This document shows, one piece after another, positions 53,500 through 64,000 of a DNA stretch of 64,000 bases. The position numbers and the translations under genes were made by a program. Within the stretch, counting starts at the first letter, position 1; each line of letters begins with the position of its first letter. Below the pieces are notes generated by a model that made no database searches, was not told the origin of the DNA, and saw only the letters and a list, made by a program, of their open reading frames with translations. The DNA lies in contig CM022679.1 in NCBI GenBank assembly GCA_012295275.1, positions 9,734,001-9,798,000 of the forward strand, read 5' to 3'. This DNA comes from Chrysomallon squamiferum (Eukaryota > Animalia > Mollusca).

Positions 53500-53643
53500 A
53501 TAAAGGAAATAACTGGTTAATATCTTACGATATAAGTTAACCTTTGAAGGTTAGAATGGTGAATGCACCGAGCCTCTGCCGAGCTGAATTCACCATTGGA
53601 CCTAAGCTGACATCTTAAGAGAGTAACCAGTTATTTCTCTTAT
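53500..53643. repeat. 144-bp imperfect palindrome (hairpin), probably part of a non-autonomous DNA transposon
   Basis: Outer arms ATAAAGGAAATAACTGGTTAATATCTTACGAT / ATCTTAAGAGAGTAACCAGTTATTTCTCTTAT and inner arms AATGGTGAAT / ATTCACCATT surround a GC-rich centre GCACCGAGCCTCTGCCGAGC. Confidence 0.8.
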
Positions 53644-54189
53644 CCTACAGTCCTAACAAAGACAAAAATTAAATTAAAATAACTGTTTCAACTCATCACT
53701 GTGTGAAAATTGTTTTCAAAATCTTTGAGATCGAAACCAGCAATTAAACACAATAAGAAGTAACTTTGAGCATGTAAATAACAAGTAATCTATCAAAGTA
53801 AGTAGATAGTTCAGTGACTAAAAACTAAATTTCAGGTGACTGACCGAAAACACATTTATCTAGTCATCATATTTTGCCACTATTTATAGTGATTGCAATA
53901 TATATATAAACATACACAAAAAAAAAATAATATATATATATATATATATATATATCTTCCGAAATATAAAGCTTAATTTTCGGAAGAAATCTGGGGTTTT
54001 TTGTTGTTTTTTTTTTCGTGTTTTTTGTTTTGTTTTGTTTTTATTCTCTTTCACATTTTTACCGTTGAATACATAAAGACTTAGTAACAGTTAACCTTTG
54101 TATTTGTTAAATCAAATTCGAAAGTTATTGTGGATTACAATATTAAATTATTATTTTCAAGTTTGTTTCAAGTTAAATGTTGATTCTTT

Positions 54190-54255
<66 letters not shown>

Positions 54256-54515
54256 ATTAGTGTGATTGTTACTGTTAATGATAATAATAATAATACAAAT
54301 TAAACTGAAACATTTGAAATAAATAATAAATTTTACATTATGTGAATGATATTTAAAAAGACAGTCTCAGGATAATATGTATTATATAGTGTGTTTACTT
54401 TCGAGGTTTCTTTTCTATTTCTATTTAATTTTTATTGTTATTTATTTATATATTTGTTCATACTAATGTTAAAGTTGAAGTTTCGGTTCATAAAACGTTT
54501 AGCATATTCAAAAAA

Positions 54516-54562
<47 letters not shown>

Positions 54563-55660
54563 AAATAAAATAAAAAAATAAGTAAATAAATTAATAAATA
54601 AATAAATAAAATAAAATAAAAATAGACTAAAATTAAAATAATAAATAAATACAATTAAAATAAATAAATATTAATAATAACAAATAACAAATATAAAAAT
54701 AAATTTAAATTTTAAAAAAATCAGCAATTCCTAATTAAAACATTCTTACACAACTATTTAACAAAAAATTCTCATTAAAATGGAAAAAACGATATAACTA
54801 TATATTTTTTATTTAAAAAAAAAAATCACTTCCTTATTTTCGTGTCAGACCTGCACACGGAGAGCATTAACATCTATCTTCCTTGTAATCAGCATGTTTC
54901 AGCGCCGACTAAGTAACAAGCAAGCACAGGTAAATGATTGCCCACTGCAGGTGAAAGACAGGTAAGTGTCGCCAAAAACAGCACGGACAATGGACTCATC
55001 ATTATCATGGCACGTCGACAAAGGACACCATCACCACCTTAGTTTAGCGACACGCAAGAGTAACTGACCCTCGTGACAAGCACGTGAAATATCACCACGA
55101 AATGAATAAGAGGCTGGAATTTCTCTTTCGCCTCGAAGTGAGGGCATCATTAAGTCAGCTGACAGGTAAAAACGACCTCGTTAACAGTAAATTACTAAAA
55201 AAAAAAAAAAAAAAAAAAAAAATGACCGCTAGTTTTTTACGTCATCAGCAACAACGTCGTTTAATAAAAAAAAAAAATCGACACCAGGCCTCTGGGCTTC
55301 AAACAACCACGCCGACAGCCACGCCTTTGACGATTTATGTAGCTAACGACGTTGACAGCGACGTCAAGTTTTTAATATAAATGTGGTGTTCTCGTCAAAG
55401 CATAATGAGAACGGACGGTACGCAATGCGACGTAAGAGTGAAGTGTATCGCTGGAATATATCACCTGAATTAGATGTACCGCTATGATTAGGTGATTGGG
55501 ATACATAACGCATCGTGTCAATTGAGAGAATGGAAATATGCAAATGTCATTAATAAATAATGTGTGCCACTTCACCGTAATATTTCATTATGTTGTTTCT
55601 CGAGCATCCGTCCCTTTTTTTTTTTTGGTTCGTTTTTCTTTTCATTTTTATTCATTTATT

Positions 55661-55716
<56 letters not shown>

Positions 55717-55719
55717 TTA

Positions 55720-55900
55720 TTAAGTAGTTAAAATTAAATTAAAATTATATATATATATGTTATGTAGTTAAAATTAAATAAAATTATATATATATATTAA
55801 GTAGTCAAAATTAAATAAAATTATATATATATTAAGTAGTTAAAATTAAATAAAATTATATATATATATATATATATTAAAAGTAGTTAAAATTAAATAA
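55720..55900. repeat. Minisatellite, ~35-45 bp unit x5 with variable (TA)n
   Basis: TAAGTAGTTAAAATTAAATAAAAT(TA)n repeated. Confidence 0.8.
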
Positions 55901-56421
55901 ACATATCTGAAGAATTAAAATAAATGTTGTTATATATATATATAAATAAATAAATAAAATAAAATAAAATTTATATATATATATATACGTATGGATGGAT
56001 AAATGGATTATATATATATATATATTAAGCCTTTAAAATTAAATAAACAGCAGAATTATAATGACTTTGTTTAAAATAATAAATAAATAAATAAAATATG
56101 TATTTCTATGTATGTATATATGTATGGATGGATGGATGGATGGATGGATGGATGTATAAATTATCAGCCTTTAAAAATAATCTCATTTCTGTCTTTACTT
56201 AATTTCTTTGTTTACGATGGTGGACATTTGATTTGTTTCCCTTCCATAGAATGAAATGTCTAAAATAAAGTATATCTGATGGCGATTTATTTACATACCA
56301 TACAATCAATTTATCCACCCCGCCCACACACGCACACAGACACGCAGACACACATACACAAATACTCACTCACACACATACATATATACACACAAATGCA
56401 CACACACCTACATACACACAA

Positions 56422-56477
<56 letters not shown>

Positions 56478-56911
56478 GAATGGCTTCATGGACGTTGACT
56501 GATTGTACACTGATCTACCCTGGTGTCACAGACAATGACAAATTGATCATTTCTGACAATGACAATGACTTGTTTATAGGGTTGTAATTGCGCAAGATAA
56601 TTTCTTACCTGAATGAATGGATCAAAATGTCACGGCGATCAATCACTTATGAAATGTGACATTACTGGGAGAAAATAAGAAAATTATTTCTTACATCTAA
56701 CTGTTTGTTTGTTTTTTTTTTTTTCTTTCAGAAAACGTATTATTTAGTGTTTGTTTCAGTTTGTTTCCTACATCGCAGTATATGCTAAAACAAATCAGTT
56801 AACGATTTTTTTTTTTTTTTTTTTTTGTATCGGGGTTACGACAAGATATATAGTTAAATAAACAGAATGATAAATAAATAAATAGACATACATTCATTTA
56901 TATGGATAGAC

Positions 56912-56914
<3 letters not shown>

Positions 56915-56942
<28 letters not shown>

Positions 56943-56986
56943 CAGATGGATAGATAGATAGATAGCTGGATAGGTAGGTAGGTAGG

Positions 56987-57069
<83 letters not shown>

Positions 57070-57132
57070 CCGGATAGGTATGTAGGTAGGTAGATAGATA
57101 GGTAGGTAGGTAGGTAGATAGATAGATAGATC
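56915..57132. repeat. (GATA/GGTA)n tetranucleotide satellite; a second (GATA/GACA/GATG)n array lies at 60280-60690
   Basis: Direct reading. Confidence 0.95.
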
Positions 57133-57402
57133 TGTTAAATACAGTTTACTTTTCATTATTATATTTTGTATTTAATACGAACCCGTGTTGGATATCCATA
57201 AGGTAATTAAACGTATGAATGCTTTTACTTCACTGCTCAGTTAATCATACTTGCAAAAAACCAGTTTTTCAATTATTCGGTTCTGAAGAAAAATAAAAAA
57301 TAATAATAAAACATAAAGATTCGATTTACATATGTATATATTTGGTTTAAGACCATAAATTCAGAACATGAGTCATTTCCGGTCGAAAAAAGAACAACTA
57401 AA

Positions 57403-57436
<34 letters not shown>

Positions 57437-57678
57437 AATAACAATAATAATAATAATAAACGCAACAAACTTCTGTAAACAAGCTAGAAGGACAATAAGA
57501 AGAAAGGACTTTTAAAACAAAAGAAAAATCATCAGTTTACCGTTATATTTTAAAAATTATCACTTCTGTAATTTTTCATTGTCAAAATTAATTTTTGATA
57601 CTTCGAGAACAGTTTATTAATACTTATATTATTTACATACACACAAGCACAGATATAAATATACATACATGTATTAAT

Positions 57679-57710
<32 letters not shown>

Positions 57711-58497
57711 CGTATCATATGACTTAGGGTAATTCTGATTTAGCGATGATTTTTTTTCCACTGTGTAAATTAATGATCTAAGATCGAGGCTAAATATATT
57801 AATCTGTTGAGTGGACGGCTATTTCAGCTCTGTTTGTCCTTCTTAAGTACTGCTATCTAGCTGGGCATCAGTAATTAGCGCATCGTCAAAGTTTCACACT
57901 TTGATTTTGTCTTAATTCGATCAGCGTACTAGGTAGAGCACTAAGTTATGGCTGCCGGCCGAATATCAAAAATTAAAACCTCATATCAGTGAAGCCGCTT
58001 TTCTCACATCTACGCGAAGCTAGTATCTTGTCTTTTTGAATTTCAAAGATGGGTCTCATACCACAGTAGATAAATACCCGATAGTGAAAGCTAAACTAAT
58101 TTATGATGGCTGTTTGGACTGGAGGCAGAAAATTTTCCCTTTTAGATATGTATCTTTTCCCAGCCGTAGTTTCCATTCAGTAATAGGATATTCTATCTCG
58201 TTCACGCCCAAATGAATTCCTTTAATTACTGGTAACGCTGATCATTTCATAACTGTTATCCCCGGGCTCAAGCCAAGTAAAACGATGTGCCAAGCAGATC
58301 AGTACGACGGAAAGTAAAGCACGATATCAGATCAACTTTGCATAAAAGAAGGGGCGGGTAATCAATCAAACGCTCGATAGGAAATCTTAATTTGTATTCT
58401 CGGCTATTTGAAGTTTCCCCGAGAATTGCCAACAGTCTTGTTGATAACAACAAAATTTACCGTTACTTGCGATATTATTGCAGAAAGAAGAAAACAG

Positions 58498-58529
<32 letters not shown>

Positions 58530-58739
58530 ATAATTGTTGTTTCAGGCATTTTATATTTAGAAATACTACACGAAATGGAAAATTTCCATTTTTATTGATC
58601 TTTCCTTTTTATCTCTTTATTTATTTTACGGCTAAAATTATTAAACAAGATTTTATCTATTTCTGAGCCTATTAATTATTTGATTTCCGCTGTAAAATGA
58701 ATTTAATATTAACGGCTGTCACTTGAATATTTTACAATA

Positions 58740-58770
<31 letters not shown>

Positions 58771-58885
58771 TTTGCCCATTATTTTTATTTACATTCACTC
58801 ATTCTTTTATTCGATTATTCATAAATTAATTAATTTATTAATACGTTTTGTTTCCAAGTATATTATTGAAAGCATAAACGTGTTA

Positions 58886-58997
<112 letters not shown>

Positions 58998-59540
58998 GAC
59001 ACCGAGAGAGATATAAAATAATAACAGAAAGAAAGAAAGATGATTGTCACTGTATTATTCTTAATATTTTAGTAACTACATATCTGAACAAAAATTAACA
59101 TAAATTTTATTACTCTTCAATAAATAAACATCAAATTTGGCAAATCATAATCAATAGGAAACTAATTAAGAAACAAAACAAAAAATCTGCAACCGAAATT
59201 ATCATTATTAAATTATTTTAACAGTTTTTGTTTTCGTAAACAGATCAAAGTACAATCTTATAACAACAGCAACAAAATTTTATTAACAAATAAAGCAATT
59301 ATTATATTAATTAACTGATATTTCGGAAATCCTCACAGAGAGATATGATGTAAAAACTGAGGTAAGGTATTGAGAACTTTCTGTGTTTACAACATCTCAA
59401 GGGTTTGGTTTTGTCAGAAGCTGAATGTTAATGTTAGGCTGCAGGCCAATCATTTTCTGTGGCAGATGTTTGTAAATGGCGGATAAAAACCCCGTTACCT
59501 GCTGGCGATCCGTTTTTTTTAAATCTTCACTTTTATTTTA

Positions 59541-59544
<4 letters not shown>

Positions 59545-59592
<48 letters not shown>

Positions 59593-59697
59593 TTATATAT
59601 TTATTTATTTTATTTTATTTATTTATTTATTTTATTTATTTTATTTATTTTATTTATTTATTTATTTATTTTATTTATTTTATTTATTTTATTTATT

Positions 59698-59732
<35 letters not shown>

Positions 59733-59734
59733 TT

Positions 59735-59785
<51 letters not shown>

Positions 59786-59835
59786 TTTTATTTTATTTAT
59801 TTATTTATTTATTTGTTTGTTTATTTATTTATTAA
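59545..59835. repeat. (ATT)n plus (ATTT/ATTTT)n compound microsatellite, representative of many such tracts (e.g. 12735-12935, 14670-14925, 42410-42720)
   Basis: Direct reading. Confidence 0.95.
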
Positions 59836-59858
59836 TGCATATAATGAAGACATTTAAA

Positions 59859-59900
<42 letters not shown>

Positions 59901-60286
59901 ATATATATATATGTATTCCAAAAAAAGCATTATACATTTTTCTTAATTTTAATATAAACGGTAATTTCGTATGCGTTTCCTTAACACTTAGAATTTTTTG
60001 CCATCTCGACAATAATTCAGAAACATTCATTTTCGTAATACAGCTTTGTAATACATTTTTAAACAATAGTTACTGTTAGAGGTGTCATTTAATATTTATG
60101 GACTAAACGTAATTAACTGTAATACAGGAATTGTCGTATTGCTTGTATTAACTGTGAATGTCACATTGATCCGAACATGTAAAAATTAAGCATAAGTATT
60201 TAGAGTTAAAATTGTCATACACATCGTTTTAAATGTAAATTACGTAAATGTTAATGGCTTCGAACAGAGATGAATATAGACAGATC

Positions 60287-60348
<62 letters not shown>

Positions 60349-61017
60349 TATATAGACGGATAGATAGACAGACAGATGGATGGAGATATATATATAGATA
60401 GAGAGATAGATGGATGGATAGATGGATAGATAGATAGATAGATAGACAGTCAGACAGATAGATAGATAGATGGATAGATGGATAGATAAATAGATGGATA
60501 GATAGATGGATAGATAGATCGGTAGATAGATAGATAGATAGATCGATCGGTAGATAGATAGATCGGTAGATAGATAGATGGATGGATAGACAGACAGACA
60601 TCTATATGACTGATGGACAGATAGACTGACAGATAGAAAGACAGACAGACAGATAGATAAAGAGACAGAGTGATAGAGAGATAGATACTTACATACATAA
60701 ATATGAAATTTTTACTTTTCTTCCATTAATTGAGTTATTATCTTAAATACATCTAAATACATGCCGTTTTTTGTTTATTTTACACTTCTTTTTTATAATG
60801 ATAAATAGTGGTAATTATATGTACTTTGTCTCCCTATCAAATAACTGACATGTATTAACACTTAATACTCTTTTAAAAAAATATAAAAAAAACCAATTCG
60901 AACTAGACAATTTAACGAATCTCGCCTTTCATGCTTCGTGTTCAGTCACTATAGTTACATAACAGCTTTCCAATTATAAATCTTGTTTGAATTCTATTTT
61001 CCACAAACACACACAAG

Positions 61018-61053
<36 letters not shown>

Positions 61054-63011
61054 AAATATTAAAAAGCCTTTAATGAAACACGCTAAAACGTGCCGGATAT
61101 TTTACTGAAATGTGAACTGGTTTTAAGTTCTTAAAGCGCGACTGAATAACAAGTCTATCGGTCTGTCGCTTTAGTCTCGGGCGCAACGTTAATGTTACAC
61201 GAGAGCAGTGCCAATATTGAAACTGGGCGCAATTAATTAATAAGGATAGCGTTAAGTGAATTAGGACCTATTAAGAACAGTCCGGACCCGGTGACAAAAA
61301 ATCTCGTGTTACGTGCTTTTATTACCATTTTCTTTTGTTTCCTCAGTTTAGTCGGTGAAAGGGTTGAGGACGGGTGTTGGAAAAGCACTGTTGACGTTCT
61401 CTAATGCACATGATTCAAGTGAAAAACGAATGTTTGCACACGGCAGGAAGCAAGCACTGCATACGGGTTCTTTTTCTTTTTCAACGAGTCTCGTTTTAAT
61501 CACGACGGTTATTGCTTGATGGATTTCTCTCTCTCTGACCTTTTATTACATTTGTGTGCGCGCGCTGTTTTGTGAGATCATTTCTGTTACTGTGTATGTT
61601 CTGTTGTAGTTAGCGTGTGTTTTACCTGTATTGTTTGTGTTCTTTCTAAAACGTATTATGAGATTTTATATGTGACTTTTAGAATAAGTTTGAATGTTAC
61701 AAAGCATCAGAATTTCAATACACTTCTTATTTCATTTCATCAGAAGTTTAATATTATTACTGCATCTTCCGTTATCTCTTTATCATGTCTGTCTGTGTAT
61801 GTGTACGTGTGTTTGTATGTACACCATATTTCACTGAATCAGTAAACCTCTTTGTGTGTATATAGTAAATACGCATTGTTTATTGCAAAACAATAAAAAG
61901 GATTATATAAATTATAATTACTTCTATCATGTAGATTTTATGGCTATATCTATATATTAATAATAAAACTATTTCATGAGTATACAGTGCAGTACCATCG
62001 AAGGAAAATTAAAAAAAAAAAAAAAATTAGAATACAGTTTCTTAAGTTATTTTAATAACACGGGTAGATGATTCACTAAATAAACATGTGTTGTTGTTTT
62101 TTTATGAGGTGCTCACAGTTAATTTCAATCATAAAATAAACAATAATGATAAAACATGATACGCTGCGGAAATCTGAGTGTTAATTTTACGAAAATATTT
62201 TCCCACAAGTCAGTACGTCTTCATTGTTTCCATCCTTTTTTTTTTTTTTTTTTTTTTTTCCATCCTCTTATTCAATTACCTAGCTGCACAGAAGTAAACA
62301 AGAAACCGAAACCGAATACAGTTTCCAAAGTGTCTAGTGCCTTTACATTCACTGACTGATACGTGGGGCAGAGGTATTTCGGTGGATACCTATCGGCTTA
62401 ACTACTGACAAGACCCTCCTATCAGATAAAAAAAAAAAAACACAACTTATTGTTAGACTGTCTCGTTAATACAAGGTGTTTTACTGCTGCTACACCGAGT
62501 TCCCTGTCAACCGATACGCTAAGTGGACGAATTTCGAAACACAAACATATGTCCTGGACCCATACATCACAGCCTTAACTAGAACCTACACACGCAAACC
62601 GAAATCCTATACTCTGGAAACGGGGCAGTATTAAAGCTTTTAAAGTTTTAATCTGGCGTAAATAATATTCATTCTCCTCAACTAGTTAGTACAGTGGTTA
62701 TGCTTTACCCCCCCTTTTCTTTTCTTTTCGCTCGGGCTGAAGACAGTTATCGCAATGAATTCATTACATTGTAATGAGAGGACGGAAACGAGGCAGACCG
62801 CGCTGGCAGATGGCTGACCACCGACATTGACGGCTTTCGGTTTAACTGTCATCTGATGGCGCGCTTCTTCTTCTTCCGTGCAAAAAAAAAAAAAAAAAAA
62901 AAGTAGCCATCTTGGAAGATCATATTTCAAGATAAAAGCGATTACCAGTGAATTAGTTTTGCCGTAGATTACCTCCAAATAAGATGTTTATTAAATATAT
63001 GGTGTCTGGCC

Positions 63012-63043
<32 letters not shown>

Positions 63044-63154
63044 ACAAGACTTTAAAAAGAAAATAAACAAGAAGATAATCTTTTAAAGTAGGACTAGTAC
63101 TGCTGATAATTTATTGTCACTGAGAGGTTGATCACAGCTGAACAGGGTAAATAA

Positions 63155-63239
<85 letters not shown>

Positions 63240-63881
63240 CACCTACAGTAACTGATACTGTCAATAACAATACAAAATCAAAATTAATTGCAAGCATTAT
63301 TGCTCAACACTGGTACACACACACACACACACACAAAAACAAACGAACATAATTGCATTCACCTATACAAAACGTACTGTAATGTATCAAAAAAAAAAAA
63401 AAAAATTAAAGGTAACAGTCATCTGTTACTAAAAAAAAAAAAAAAAAAAAAAAAATTAAAAGAAAGGAAAAATAAAAATAAAAACGGTTCAGGCAGTAAA
63501 AATGCCCATGGGGACATGTGACAGAGAATATTTTAGCAAATAATAATAACACAGTCCTCTGAGTAAACCTGAATGAAATCTTGCAGCATTCCTAAGCTCT
63601 TTATTATTTTCAGATCGTGACGTTTCTTGACGGGTAATCATGAACCTCTTTGGTTTAACCGACGCCATTTTGAACAGAAGGACTGATTAATAACTCTTAT
63701 GATTCATTAACAAGAAAACAAAAGAAAAAAAAAATGTTCCGAAAGTTTTATATAAAATAATGGATAAATGAATTTTATATGCTGTCGTTCACTACCAGTG
63801 TTTCTTTAATTTCTTAATTTTTGTTATTCTTTCTTTCTTTATTATTATTAGATGCTACTGTTGTTGTTATTATTATTGTTG

Positions 63882-63932
<51 letters not shown>

Positions 63933-64000
63933 ATATTTCATATGAATTGGAAGACAACTGTGGATAAAAACATAGCTGTATATAATAAAACAAATTCAAT

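Noticed and set aside
59355-59380. TGAGGTA let-7-like seed
   Set aside because: The rest does not match let-7 and no complementary arm is visible.

Overview
AT-rich, microsatellite-dense animal genomic DNA with spliceosomal GT-AG introns; a lophotrochozoan or mollusc-like source is a weak inference only. There are two convergent protein-coding genes. (1) On the + strand, ~1-11767, a 10-exon gene (probably 5'-truncated by the window edge) encodes an NWD1/NWD2-family STAND protein of ~1800 aa: DUF4062-like N-terminal domain, NACHT NTPase, helical region and WD40 propellers. All nine junctions are phase-consistent. (2) On the - strand, 45925 to ~31554/31702, a 3-exon unc-4/Uncx paired-class homeobox gene has two eh1 motifs and an 11.3 kb second intron. 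Both genes have frame breaks: two in the NWD gene, and one clear plus probably two more in unc-4. Each is repaired by adding back 1-2 bases, mostly in short runs or repeats, which most likely reflects consensus deletion errors. The remaining ~50 kb is non-coding. It holds CpG/GC-richer islands around unc-4 with COE/EBF, Pbx-Hox, Meis, paired-HD and CTCF-like motifs, a TTAA-ended MITE family (3 copies) carrying CRE/YY1 motifs, a 144-bp palindromic element, a fold-back duplication, minisatellites and many microsatellites. I found no rRNA, tRNA, CRISPR array or autonomous transposon. I cannot demonstrate a new biological system here. The best leads are the clustered frame breaks, a candidate COE/Hox-to-unc-4 cis-regulatory landscape, and the divergent TIR-like-NACHT-WD40 protein.
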